From positions 1 through 36,009 of IMG/VR virus record IMGVR_UViG_3300032216_001733: DNA of 36,009 nucleotides; one strand, 5' to 3'. Origin of the DNA: a virus. Its lineage: Duplodnaviria; Caudoviricetes. The notes beneath the pieces are model-generated. The model worked only from the letters and a program-made list of their open reading frames with translations. It did no database searches and had not been told where the DNA came from. Both the position numbers and the translations under genes were made by a program. Below are positions 9,132-18,686 of the stretch, one piece after another (within the stretch, counting starts at the first letter, position 1; every line of letters starts with the position of its first letter).

Positions 9132-11294
9132 ATGTTTGGTCCGAAAAAAATATCTCAATCTTTGATTGATGCAGTTCTAAAGATAACCGAAGAAAAACCT
9201 GAAGTTACTCGTGCACCGCAGTTATTAGACGAGGCAGATAAAGTTCCTACACCAACAGGAATGAAAGTGTATGGCAGCCGTTATGGAAATTCTGCCAAAG
9301 CTCGTAGAGACCAAACTAAGGCAGCTGTTGACACACTAAAAGGTCCTAAGGACAAAGAATTAATAAAAGATGATGAAATAGATGAAACTGGTTTTCACGC
9401 AGCTGCTCACGGTGCCAAGAAAGCAGGTCAATCTCATTTTGAGTTCCAGGGTAAAAAATATCCTGTTACAGCAAAATCTCATGCTGAAGCGATTGAAGAA
9501 GATGGTGATTGTGTGACCAAACCACAAGCAAAAGATATTGCCAAGAAAGAAGTTGGCAAACACGAAAAAGGTATGCATGGTAAATCAGGTGAAGTTGCCA
9601 AGCACGAAAAGAAAATGCACAAAGAAGATATTGGACTAGATGAAGCCTCAACATATAAATTGGGTCGTGCGGATGCTGAAACTAAAGAATTTCCAATTAA
9701 ACAGAATGGTGAACATGTTGGTAGATTAGAGTTTCACGTTTCAGCTGGCAAATTACACCACCGTGCAGGTAATGCTAAAGGTGTATCATATGATAAGTGG
9801 CACGGAAATCCAGATACAGAATCTCTTATTAATACTCATGTTGCAAAGCACGAAGCAGAAGCACGAAAACACTTTGCTAAAAAACTTAAAGAAGGTATGT
9901 CTTTTAAAGAACGTTTACTTGAGCGTGAAATGACTTCTGCTGAATCTCGTAAAAAAGAAAAGATTGTTATGTCGATGAAGGACAAACAAGAATATTTCAA
10001 GAAGAAGTATGGTAAAAAGTGGAAAGAAGTAATGTATGCTACTGCTACTAAGCAAGCCATGAAAGAGGATATTGTTTCTGAAGAAGTTCTTGATTTGCCT
10101 ATCGATCCTCTTACTGGTGAATTTGTGAATGATAGAGAATTGATATCATCAAGCTACAATGAGAAATTAAAAAATGGCCAAATGGTTATGATTGAAGAAG
10201 GTGTTGAAGAATTGGATGAATTTACTGCAAGACAACTTCCTGGTTATCGTGAAAAGAAAGCCAAACTTATGGCAGCTGCCGCTAGCAAATTGCCAACAAA
10301 AGAAGAAGTTAAGAAATCTGATGTTCCAGCTTTCTTACGCAAGATTCGTGGTGACAAACCATTGACAATGAAAGATGTTAAATCTGGTGACAAAGATTCT
10401 ATTTCACACAAAGATAACCTTGCTAAGGCAAAGAATGAAGAAGTTGAATCTTTGGATGAAGATAATCTCGATTCTATTGCTAAAAAACATGGCATGGAAT
10501 TTAACAGAACCACTTACGGTGCAGGAATGAAACATCCAAAACATGGTGAAATTTCTATTAGTCGTTATGGTGAATGGCATCATTATCCTGCTGGATCAAA
10601 TCGTTCTAAAGCTCACGGAGATAGCACAGATAAATTTTCCAGCTTAGACAAACACCTTTCTTCATTAAAAGAAGATGTTGAAGTTATTAATAATAAAAAC
10701 GGACACAAAACCACAACAGATATGTTATCTGGTCGCCATGAAGGTGGTAAATTAAATTCGTTTAAAAACTTTAAAGTAAACTTGGTCGTTAGTGGTGAAG
10801 AAGAAATTCCTACAGAAGTTGATAAAGGTGAAGATACTAAAGAAAAACAAAAGATTACTACTAATCCTGGTCCAGTAGATATTAAGTTTGATGATAAGTT
10901 GGTAACTCCTCCACACAAATATTTTTCTAGTCAAAGTGCTGTTACGAGTGAAGAAGTTCGTGGCGAATTAAAAAAAATTCGTACAAAAGAGAAAGCTATA
11001 CACAATAAAGAAGTGAGTAAATTTGCTTCACATAAGGCAACAAAAACAACCCAAACTGAAGAAGAAGTTCAAGAAGCTAAAGATCCACATATGGATGCTG
11101 GTGTTGGTGCTCAACCAGATTTTGCCACAGAAAAAGTTATTGCTGGTACTGAGGGCTGGAAGAAAGTTACTAAGAATGTAACCGACAAATCTGGTGCAGT
11201 TCATACTCCACATTCCCGTGCTAAAGATTTGGCTCGTCAAGCATTTAAAAAAGTTAAAAGTGAAATGTTAGGTAAAGCACCAGGAAATAACTAA
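9132..11294 (+). CDS. Putative head-internal polyprotein-like protein
   Basis: K/E/H-rich, no TM segment, repeated LDE/IDE/IEE/LKE sites, internal MSFKERLLE. Confidence 0.6.
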   Translation: MFGPKKISQSLIDAVLKITEEKPEVTRAPQLLDEADKVPTPTGMKVYGSRYGNSAKARRDQTKAAVDTLKGPKDKELIKDDEIDETGFHAAAHGAKKAGQSHFEFQGKKYPVTAKSHAEAIEEDGDCVTKPQAKDIAKKEVGKHEKGMHGKSGEVAKHEKKMHKEDIGLDEASTYKLGRADAETKEFPIKQNGEHVGRLEFHVSAGKLHHRAGNAKGVSYDKWHGNPDTESLINTHVAKHEAEARKHFAKKLKEGMSFKERLLEREMTSAESRKKEKIVMSMKDKQEYFKKKYGKKWKEVMYATATKQAMKEDIVSEEVLDLPIDPLTGEFVNDRELISSSYNEKLKNGQMVMIEEGVEELDEFTARQLPGYREKKAKLMAAAASKLPTKEEVKKSDVPAFLRKIRGDKPLTMKDVKSGDKDSISHKDNLAKAKNEEVESLDEDNLDSIAKKHGMEFNRTTYGAGMKHPKHGEISISRYGEWHHYPAGSNRSKAHGDSTDKFSSLDKHLSSLKEDVEVINNKNGHKTTTDMLSGRHEGGKLNSFKNFKVNLVVSGEEEIPTEVDKGEDTKEKQKITTNPGPVDIKFDDKLVTPPHKYFSSQSAVTSEEVRGELKKIRTKEKAIHNKEVSKFASHKATKTTQTEEEVQEAKDPHMDAGVGAQPDFATEKVIAGTEGWKKVTKNVTDKSGAVHTPHSRAKDLARQAFKKVKSEMLGKAPGNN

Positions 11295-11295
11295 T

Positions 11296-12801
11296 ATGAC
11301 AAAGTTATCACAAAAACTAAAAAGTATTATCAAGAAACCTGCTGACAAAGAAACTTTTGGAACTAATCCGAAGGATCCTTGGTCAGCAAAAGCAGGCATT
11401 AACGAAGGCTCTCTTGAAACTTACTTGAAATCAAAGGGTATTAATCCTGAATATGTTAGTAAGGATCAGAAAATTGCTTACGCCAAATCAATGACGTATA
11501 TTAAATGGAAGGCCGAGCACCAATTTGAAGAAGTTATTCCTGAATCCATGACAACCGAACCGAGTTTGACACAAAAGAAAAAATCTTCACACCAATCCTC
11601 TTTATCTGCTCATAAAGAGATTAAAACTCCTCGTGGTCCAGGAAGTCATAATGAAGGTAAAGGTTCACAGATGACAGCTTTGACACCAGAATCCGTATCA
11701 ACGGAAATTCACGGTGAAGCAAAAAAACCAAAGCCAAGCGCTTTAGATAAGTTCCGTAAAGCTTCTGCTGAACGTGAAAAGAAACATTCTGATATTGAAA
11801 AGAAATCTGGCGGTATGACCTCTGCTATTGACCGTTTACAGAAACACATGAATAAAGAAGAAATTGAACCAATTGATGAAGTTTCTAAAGATTATTCTTT
11901 TCATCGTGCAAAAGAAAGACATCACGAAAAAGAAGGTGATAAATTAATGGCCAAGGCAAAAAGCTTTGGTGCTTATGCTCATCCAACTGGTATTTCTGCT
12001 CGCAAACAAGCGGAAAAACATTATGCTAAAGCTGATGATCACCGTGCGGCTTGGAAAGAATTGGGTTCAAAACCATTAGGTGAAGAAGATATATCCGAAT
12101 TGGATGAAGCTAATATTACTCACGCTGCTCATTTTGATGATCCTAAAACAGGTAAATGGGCAAGTATGGCTTTATTGACTGCCAAGAATGACCAAGATGC
12201 AGTTGCACAAGCTCATGATTTGTTGAGAACTGATGCTTATCGTAATTTCAAATTGTCTGCTGTTGAAAAACACGAACCAATTAAGAACATTAAGATGAAA
12301 GAAGAAGTTAGTCAATCTAAAGTAACTAAGTTTCATACAAAATTGGATAAACTGGTTCATTCCACTTTTGGAAAAAGAAAAAACGAAGATGTTGGTGATC
12401 CAAAGGCTGCTGTAAATGCCGATGGTCAACCAAATCCACAACTTGAACCAGTATCCGAAAAGAAAAAACAAATGTCTAAATCTGCTCGTATGATTAAGGC
12501 ATTATACAAGAAAAAAGGTGTGGTCAAAGAAGATACCTACGACCACGAAAAAGAAGATAAATCAGTTGCAACTTATGGTAAGAAACCAAAAGAAGAAAAA
12601 GCGGACAAAGATGATAGTAAAGGTGAAAACAAACCCCAAGCAGCTTTGACATTGACGGGTGGTAAAACTTTAACTGGTACCGAAAGGGATACAGTAGAAA
12701 TTGATCCGATGATGAGAAATCGTCCAGGTCAACCTGATGTAACTAAAAAGGATGACAAGAAAAAAGACGATAAAAAAGAAGATAAGAAGAAAGATAAATA
12801 A
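11296..12801 (+). CDS. Putative head-internal polyprotein-like protein
   Basis: K/E-rich; INE, IEPIDE, ISELDE, VKE sites; KDD/KKED C-terminal tail. Confidence 0.6.
   Translation: MTKLSQKLKSIIKKPADKETFGTNPKDPWSAKAGINEGSLETYLKSKGINPEYVSKDQKIAYAKSMTYIKWKAEHQFEEVIPESMTTEPSLTQKKKSSHQSSLSAHKEIKTPRGPGSHNEGKGSQMTALTPESVSTEIHGEAKKPKPSALDKFRKASAEREKKHSDIEKKSGGMTSAIDRLQKHMNKEEIEPIDEVSKDYSFHRAKERHHEKEGDKLMAKAKSFGAYAHPTGISARKQAEKHYAKADDHRAAWKELGSKPLGEEDISELDEANITHAAHFDDPKTGKWASMALLTAKNDQDAVAQAHDLLRTDAYRNFKLSAVEKHEPIKNIKMKEEVSQSKVTKFHTKLDKLVHSTFGKRKNEDVGDPKAAVNADGQPNPQLEPVSEKKKQMSKSARMIKALYKKKGVVKEDTYDHEKEDKSVATYGKKPKEEKADKDDSKGENKPQAALTLTGGKTLTGTERDTVEIDPMMRNRPGQPDVTKKDDKKKDDKKEDKKKDK
12793..12800 (+). 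promoter_or_regulatory. Late promoter variant GATAAATA
   Basis: One mismatch to TATAAATA, about 33 nt before ATG 12834 (RBS AAGGAG). Confidence 0.5.
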
Positions 12802-12833
12802 CACTATAACCAAGGCTATTCAAGGAGAAAAAG

Positions 12834-13496
12834 ATGCCAACATGGGGAAATACAGACGCAGCAAATAGCATTCCACTATTTGCACAATTTAGAGAAGCAG
12901 CGCCTTTTCTATATTTTATAACAGCTAATAACACGGTTGCAGGAAATACCATTACATTAACATCAAATACTGGTTTTTCAACAATTGCAAACGGATCGTA
13001 TGTTTACGCAATTGAAGCTAACACAGGTGTGACCGCTAACGTTTCACGTTTAGCTAAAGATTTGTCATATGTTGATCAAAATGATATTGATTTTTATCGT
13101 TCAAATAACGTAATTACAAATGCTAACAGTAGCCCTGGTTATTCATATATTCAATTAAATAATAACCTTGCTGGCAATCTACAAGGCGGTTCACAAATTT
13201 GGATTGCAACTCCAGTAACACATGATGCTACCAAATATGAGAACGTTAATGATGTAATTTTGGTAACCGCAGGTCGTTTGGCTAATACAAAAGGAACTAA
13301 TGGTGTAGCTGGTTCTGATACATCAAATACTGTTCTCGGAAGCATGAATACTGGTTGGAATCGCATTACTCGTAAGATTAATAATGATGGCACAGTTCGT
13401 TTCTTAAAAGAAACTTTAGTTGCTCTTGCTAGTCCAGTTGCTTCTAACGCATCATCTGCTAACACATCATCAAACGCTATTTTTGGTGGACTGTAA
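12834..13496 (+). CDS. Putative virion structural protein
   Basis: MPTWGNTD N-terminus, N/T/S/A-rich beta-type composition, GW..R..KETLVA C-terminal motif. Confidence 0.55.
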   Translation: MPTWGNTDAANSIPLFAQFREAAPFLYFITANNTVAGNTITLTSNTGFSTIANGSYVYAIEANTGVTANVSRLAKDLSYVDQNDIDFYRSNNVITNANSSPGYSYIQLNNNLAGNLQGGSQIWIATPVTHDATKYENVNDVILVTAGRLANTKGTNGVAGSDTSNTVLGSMNTGWNRITRKINNDGTVRFLKETLVALASPVASNASSANTSSNAIFGGL

Positions 13497-13521
13497 TATT
13501 ATAATATAAAGGTTTTTGATT

Positions 13522-14466
13522 ATGAAAGTGTTGTTTCATACAAACACATTGAATTATCGTGGCACCACAGTAGCAGTTTTAGATTATGCTCGTTACAACC
13601 AAGAAGTTTTAGGAAATGAAAGCGTTGTTTCTTATTGGGCTGATGGTCCAGTAGGAAACGATGCTGGTAACGAAGCACCAATGATAGAAAAGTTCAAAAG
13701 AGAATTTGAATTAAGACCAGGAAATGGTGGAGATTTAAATTCTCTTTGTTCTGGTGTGGATGTAGCTTATTTTATACGGTCAGGAGAAGTAGATGCTCTT
13801 CCTAATGTTAAAACAGCAATCCATGCTGTATTTGGTCACAGAACACCACACGGAGATTCATATGCTTATATCTCCGAATGGTTGGCAGAACATAGGTGTA
13901 AAGATTTAAATCTTCCTTATGTTCCACACATAGTTAATTTACCCAAGCCTAATGCAGACTTTAGGCAACGATTGGGAATTAGTAAAGATAAAATTGTAGT
14001 TGGTAGATTAGGTGGCCACACCACTTTTGACATTGGTTGGGTACATTCTGCTGTGCGTAGAGTATTAGAATCCGATTCGAGATTTGTATTTGTATTTTTA
14101 AATACGGCAAGATTTATGAACCACCCTAATATCATCTATTTGGACCCCATCCACGATGCGCAGGAGAAGTCAAACTATATTGAAATGTGTGATACCTTTT
14201 TACATGCCAGATCAATTGGAGAAAGCTTTGGTTTATCTGTATGTGAACCATTATTCCACAACAAACCGACATTCGCTTTTAATGGTGGAGATGATAAACA
14301 CCATATGATGATATTAGATGGAACAGGTCTACTATATAATGATGAGAACGACCTGGTTGCAAAATTATTAAATTTAAAATCTTTTGATAAGGACTATCAT
14401 TCATTAGTTGCCAAATTTAATCCTACCACGGTCATGGGTAAGTTTAAAGAAGTGTTTTTAACATAA
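13522..14466 (+). CDS. GT-B (GT4-like) glycosyltransferase
   Basis: RGTTVA, FLHARSIGESFGLSVCE (ExFGxxxxE); start at ATG 13522. Confidence 0.75.
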   Translation: MKVLFHTNTLNYRGTTVAVLDYARYNQEVLGNESVVSYWADGPVGNDAGNEAPMIEKFKREFELRPGNGGDLNSLCSGVDVAYFIRSGEVDALPNVKTAIHAVFGHRTPHGDSYAYISEWLAEHRCKDLNLPYVPHIVNLPKPNADFRQRLGISKDKIVVGRLGGHTTFDIGWVHSAVRRVLESDSRFVFVFLNTARFMNHPNIIYLDPIHDAQEKSNYIEMCDTFLHARSIGESFGLSVCEPLFHNKPTFAFNGGDDKHHMMILDGTGLLYNDENDLVAKLLNLKSFDKDYHSLVAKFNPTTVMGKFKEVFLT

Positions 14467-14469
14467 ATA
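14462..14469 (+). promoter_or_regulatory. Late promoter variant CATAAATA
   Basis: One mismatch to TATAAATA, directly before ATG 14479. Confidence 0.5.
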
Positions 14470-14478
14470 GGTTAATGA

Positions 14479-14865
14479 ATGTTTGATGACTTGAATGATG
14501 ACAATTTCATGATATATGCAATGAAGTGTTATAACGCACCCAATTGTATTATGTCGGAATTTGAGAATGATATTAAAAGAACAAAATATCTAAAACGATT
14601 ATTTCGTAGATATAAGGTCACAAAAAGTTTAAAAGAACGATTGATATTAAACCATATTATTTTATTGAATAACGTTTTTGGCCACGAAGCCGTAGCAAGA
14701 ATTTTATTCTATAGAATTGATGAACGTGATTATGACGTTTTAAAAACATTTTTGATGTATTTAAATATTATGCCAGATGCAATTTACGGGATCAGAGGTA
14801 AAACAATACACACCGCTGATATTCCTTTAGATCAGAATATTGTAGAAATATTGGTAAAGATATGA
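14479..14865 (+). CDS. Conserved T4-like phage protein (DUF7207-like)
   Basis: NFMIYAMKCY...EF..D..R.KYLKRLF..Y...LKERLILNHII.L.NVFG motif recalled from T4-like phages. Confidence 0.6.
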   Translation: MFDDLNDDNFMIYAMKCYNAPNCIMSEFENDIKRTKYLKRLFRRYKVTKSLKERLILNHIILLNNVFGHEAVARILFYRIDERDYDVLKTFLMYLNIMPDAIYGIRGKTIHTADIPLDQNIVEILVKI

Positions 14866-15362
14866 AAACTTTTAAACAGTTTATAAACGAAAAAGGTAGA
14901 TGTTGGACTGGTTATAAACCAGTACCGGGAAAAACTCCTTATTCAGCTGGTAGTTGTAGAAAAGAAGGTCATGTAGAAGAACTAGAGGATGGTTTACACC
15001 AATTAGATAGTCATAGTTACGAATCGATTGATAAATTGATGCAAGGCATTGCAAAAAAACACAATATAACAGGTAAAGATTTACATAATGATTTTAAATC
15101 TAAACATGGAAAAACTCCAGACGATTATATTAATGAAGATTTAAGACAATGGTTTAAGCAAAAATGGGTTCGCATGGACACCAAGGGTAATATCAAAGGT
15201 GGATGTGCTAGAAAACCTGGCGAAGGTAAACCAAAGTGCTTACCACAATCAAAAGCACATTCGTTAGGTAAAGAGGGTAGAGCAAAAGCAGCACAAAGAA
15301 AACGCCGTGAGGATCCAAATCCAGAACGCCGTGGTAAAGCAATTAATGTTAGGACAAAATAA
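14862..15362 (+). CDS. CTS-bearing basic protein with CWxGYK and DUF5872-like modules
   Basis: MKTFKQFINE; CWTGYK; INE|DLRQWFKQKWVR..C..KPKCLP. Confidence 0.65.
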   Translation: MKTFKQFINEKGRCWTGYKPVPGKTPYSAGSCRKEGHVEELEDGLHQLDSHSYESIDKLMQGIAKKHNITGKDLHNDFKSKHGKTPDDYINEDLRQWFKQKWVRMDTKGNIKGGCARKPGEGKPKCLPQSKAHSLGKEGRAKAAQRKRREDPNPERRGKAINVRTK

Positions 15363-16118
15363 ATGAAAACATTTAATCAATTTATTAACGAAGAAGTTGA
15401 AAATTTAGAAGAAAAAAATAAGCCAACAAGTCCAGAAAAATGGGCTCGTGCTAAATCGGCTGCCAAATCTAAATTTGCTGTTTATCCTTCTGCTTATGCA
15501 AATGCTTGGGCATCTAAGAAATACAAATCAATGGGTGGTGGTTGGAGAAGCACTTCAGAAGAAGTTGAACAAGTTGATGAACTCTCAAAAGACACTTTGA
15601 AGTCTTACGCTGATCAAGCGTTAAAAATTAAAAATATAGACAATAAAAAAGGTGAAAATAGAGTAGACCAAAGGCATAAAGGAATGCGCCGTGCAATGAA
15701 CCGACTTTATCCTATGCCAACACAAAAAGAAGAAGTTGAACCAGAAGAACTGTTTGACATCATCGAAGAAGTTGTTATGGACATGGCCGAAGAATGGAAC
15801 GTTGACGAAGAAACCATTTGGGAAAATCTTGAAGATGTGACAGACGAAGAATTATACGAGTCTGCCGCATGGCGCCGTAAAGAAGGTAAGAATCCTACTG
15901 GTGGTTTAAATGCCAAAGGCATCGCATCTTATCGCAGAGAAAATCCAGGTTCTAAATTAAAGAAAGCAGTTACAGGTAAAGTAAAACCTGGATCTAAAGC
16001 AGCAAAACGCAGAAAATCTTTTTGTGCCCGTATGGGTGGTATGAAAGGTGCAATGAAGAAACCAAATGGTGAACCAACAAGAAAAGCATTAGCACTACGC
16101 AAGTGGAAATGCAGATGA
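15363..16118 (+). CDS. CTS-bearing basic protein with DUF6321-like C-terminal module
   Basis: MKTFNQFINEE; YPSAYAN..YK..GG.W; LYE|SAAWRRKEGKNPTGGLN...RRKSFCARM...RKWKC. Confidence 0.65.
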   Translation: MKTFNQFINEEVENLEEKNKPTSPEKWARAKSAAKSKFAVYPSAYANAWASKKYKSMGGGWRSTSEEVEQVDELSKDTLKSYADQALKIKNIDNKKGENRVDQRHKGMRRAMNRLYPMPTQKEEVEPEELFDIIEEVVMDMAEEWNVDEETIWENLEDVTDEELYESAAWRRKEGKNPTGGLNAKGIASYRRENPGSKLKKAVTGKVKPGSKAAKRRKSFCARMGGMKGAMKKPNGEPTRKALALRKWKCR

Positions 16119-16321
16119 AAAAATTTAAGCAGTACATTGATGAAATGGGAGCGGGTGCGGCCGGAGGTGGTGCAGGTCCAACAAATACTGCTGGTGGAGG
16201 ACAAGTTGCTGGTATTGGTGTTGGTCCTCAAGGTGAACCAGGTGTTTATCTAAGAAAATACAAAAAGAAAGTTGCTGATCCAAGAATGCCAATGGGTATT
16301 GGTAAACGAAAGGACTTTTAA
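16115..16321 (+). CDS. Small CTS-bearing Gly-rich protein (T4 gp61.1-like)
   Basis: MKKFKQYIDE then Gly-rich segment and KKK, an architecture like T4 61.1; start at ATG 16115. Confidence 0.55.
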   Translation: MKKFKQYIDEMGAGAAGGGAGPTNTAGGGQVAGIGVGPQGEPGVYLRKYKKKVADPRMPMGIGKRKDF

Positions 16322-16570
16322 TTGTCAGCATTTAATGATATTGTAAATTTAGTAAAAGAAAAGTTTGATGTGTATGTTGAACAAGAAGTATCATCAAATG
16401 TTATGTTTATTAAAGTTTCCGGTCTGGACAATTATAGTTTGGCAAGATATATTTTAGAAAATTATAATCAATTAAAAGTAACAGTTAAAGAAAGAGAAGG
16501 GTACAAGTTCTCGGATTCAGATTGGATTAAAATTGAATTATCCAATAAGAATGAACTTATATTAACATAA
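16322..16570 (+). CDS. Hypothetical protein
   Basis: 82-aa ORF filling the gap exactly, AAGGA upstream; non-ATG start uncertain. Confidence 0.55.
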   Translation: MSAFNDIVNLVKEKFDVYVEQEVSSNVMFIKVSGLDNYSLARYILENYNQLKVTVKEREGYKFSDSDWIKIELSNKNELILT

Positions 16571-17043
16571 TGTGGTTTTTAAATTTTATACCTGACGCTT
16601 TATTACATTGGTTTGTTCACGGTGTTGTTGCACTTGGACTAATAATGTATGTTATTGGATATCTTAGAAATTTCCCTATTGTTGGACCTTACGCTGGCAT
16701 ATCAAGACAATTAGGAACATTAGTATTACTTTTTGGTATTTTCTTTGAAGGTGGTTACGGTGTTGAAATGATGTACCGTGCTAAGATTGCTGATTTACAA
16801 GCACAGATTAAAGTTGCTGAACAACAATCAAAAGATGCCAACACAAAGATTGAACAAAAAGTAAATGAAAAAGTTAAGTTGATTAAGGATAATGTAAATG
16901 CGAACAGTAAAGCAATTGAAGCGAATCGCACTAGTATCAATGCTGAGTGTAAACTTTCTGATGTTGCCTGGTTGTGGTACAACCGTGCCAGTCAAAATGA
17001 GTTGGCCGGAGGTTCCGTCAAATCTAATGGAACCAGCAAGTAG
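16570..17043 (+). CDS. Inner-membrane spanin (Rz-like)
   Basis: N-terminal TM segments, periplasmic coiled coil, C-terminal Cys; overlaps a lipoprotein gene. Confidence 0.7.
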   Translation: MWFLNFIPDALLHWFVHGVVALGLIMYVIGYLRNFPIVGPYAGISRQLGTLVLLFGIFFEGGYGVEMMYRAKIADLQAQIKVAEQQSKDANTKIEQKVNEKVKLIKDNVNANSKAIEANRTSINAECKLSDVAWLWYNRASQNELAGGSVKSNGTSK

Positions 17044-17197
17044 TTTAGATTCGTTGCCCGAAAATAAGAAAACGCTCACCGATTTAATTGAAAATGCTAA
17101 TGAAAATTTTGGCAAGTATTATCAGTTAAAAGAAAAATATGATGCTTGGCAAGAATGGTATAATACACAAAAACAAATTTATCAAAGTGTAAAATGA
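16898..17197 (+). CDS. Outer-membrane spanin lipoprotein (Rz1-like)
   Basis: RBS AAGGA; signal peptide with lipobox LPGC, Pro-rich WPEVP..LMEP; +1 frame overlap with i-spanin. Confidence 0.75.
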   Translation: MRTVKQLKRIALVSMLSVNFLMLPGCGTTVPVKMSWPEVPSNLMEPASSLDSLPENKKTLTDLIENANENFGKYYQLKEKYDAWQEWYNTQKQIYQSVK

Positions 17198-17553
17198 AAA
17201 AACTAATTATTTGTTCGTATATCGTATTACTTTCGGGTTGTTCTTTGTGGATGGCGAGCTACGATAGTAACGAATATATGCTAGTAAACAAAGTTCGTAC
17301 ACAAGCACAAATTGGAAGTTGTGATAAATCTGATGTTAATATTCTATACACAGATGCAACCCAATTAAAGAATTTTGCACAGTATATTCCAAGAAACCAA
17401 GCAACAATTGACTTGACCAGTAAACTTTATACTTTGGTGGATGAATTACGCAAAAGAGAAAACCCTAGTCCTGCTTATTGTAAGAATAAACTAAATATCA
17501 TATCAATTTCAGCAGAAGAAATTCAACGTGTCGTTGGGAGTAAACCAAGATGA
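17194..17553 (+). CDS. Lipoprotein
   Basis: MKK plus hydrophobic stretch plus lipobox LSGC; two further Cys. Confidence 0.7.
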   Translation: MKKLIICSYIVLLSGCSLWMASYDSNEYMLVNKVRTQAQIGSCDKSDVNILYTDATQLKNFAQYIPRNQATIDLTSKLYTLVDELRKRENPSPAYCKNKLNIISISAEEIQRVVGSKPR

Positions 17554-17759
17554 GCGCATTAATAAATTTAGCACAACAAGCCGAAGATTTGCATAAACAA
17601 TATGCGGCAGGACAATTAACTCCTTCTGAATTTAAAGAATTGTGTGAAGATTTAAAAGTTGTTGAACAAATTGCCGATGATGCGGCCGACTTTGAAAGAG
17701 ACCAACAATACCGTGCCTTTATTTTAGGTGTTATTCAAGTGGCTTCTCTCATATATTAA
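17550..17759 (+). CDS. Hypothetical protein
   Basis: 69-aa ORF coupled by ATGA overlap. Confidence 0.6.
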   Translation: MSALINLAQQAEDLHKQYAAGQLTPSEFKELCEDLKVVEQIADDAADFERDQQYRAFILGVIQVASLIY

Positions 17760-17769
17760 TAGGTGAATC

Positions 17770-18396
17770 ATGGAATTAACACTAGAACAATTAAAGAAAC
17801 TATTACCAAAAAATCCATATGTGGACCATTGGTATAGGGTATTAGCACAATTACTGCCTGATTATGAAATTAATACACCACAACGAATTGCTTCTTTCTT
17901 AGCACAATGCGCTCATGAATCTGGTGAGTTTACTGCTTTAAAAGAGAATTTAAATTATCGGGCCCCAACACTACGCAAAGTATTTCCAAAATATTTTCCA
18001 ACAGATGAGATTGCTAACGAATATGCCAACAAACCCAATAAACAAGAAGCAATAGCAAATCGTGTTTATGCCAATCGTATGGGTAATGGTGACGAGGCAA
18101 GTGGTGATGGATTCCGTTTCTGTGGTCGTGGATTAATTCAGTTGACCGGCAGAGAAAATTATTCTTGGTTTGCCGCTTCAGTTGGTATATCTGTTGAAGA
18201 AGCTTCAGAATACTTACAAACATTTGAAGGTGCTGCTCAATCTGCATGCTGGTTTTGGGAAAATAATAATCTAAATGCTTTTGCTGATGCTGGCGATTTT
18301 GTTACCATGACAAAACGTATCAATGGTGGCACCATCGGTTTAGATGACCGTATTGCACATTACAAACATGCATTACAGGTATTTGGAGTTCAATAA
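17770..18396 (+). CDS. GH19-family endolysin
   Basis: FLAQCAHES, ENLNY, ANRVYANRMGNG, GRGLIQLTGRENY, TKRINGG.IGL.DR. Confidence 0.9.
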   Translation: MELTLEQLKKLLPKNPYVDHWYRVLAQLLPDYEINTPQRIASFLAQCAHESGEFTALKENLNYRAPTLRKVFPKYFPTDEIANEYANKPNKQEAIANRVYANRMGNGDEASGDGFRFCGRGLIQLTGRENYSWFAASVGISVEEASEYLQTFEGAAQSACWFWENNNLNAFADAGDFVTMTKRINGGTIGLDDRIAHYKHALQVFGVQ

Positions 18397-18686
18397 TGAA
18401 TGACAAAACTTTAGCCAAATATCTATTTGCATTATTATTGTTGCCTTTAGCTTTGGCTTTTTGTAGTGGTGATAGATATCGTTATCCTTGTCAAGACCCA
18501 GCAAATTGGGATAAAGATATTTGTAAGATGCCAATATGCGATGTGAATAGAACTTGTCCCGAACACATTTTTAAAGGTCAACGGGACCCAAGATTAGGAC
18601 CACCAAAAGATGAACAAACTAAAACAACTACTCCGGTTACAACATCGAGTTTCGGAACCACTCAAGGAGCAAACTGTGGAAAATAA
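18396..18686 (+). CDS. Exported/membrane-anchored Cys-rich protein
   Basis: N-terminal hydrophobic segment, DRYRYPCQDPANW..C..P.C....CP. Confidence 0.65.
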   Translation: MNDKTLAKYLFALLLLPLALAFCSGDRYRYPCQDPANWDKDICKMPICDVNRTCPEHIFKGQRDPRLGPPKDEQTKTTTPVTTSSFGTTQGANCGK

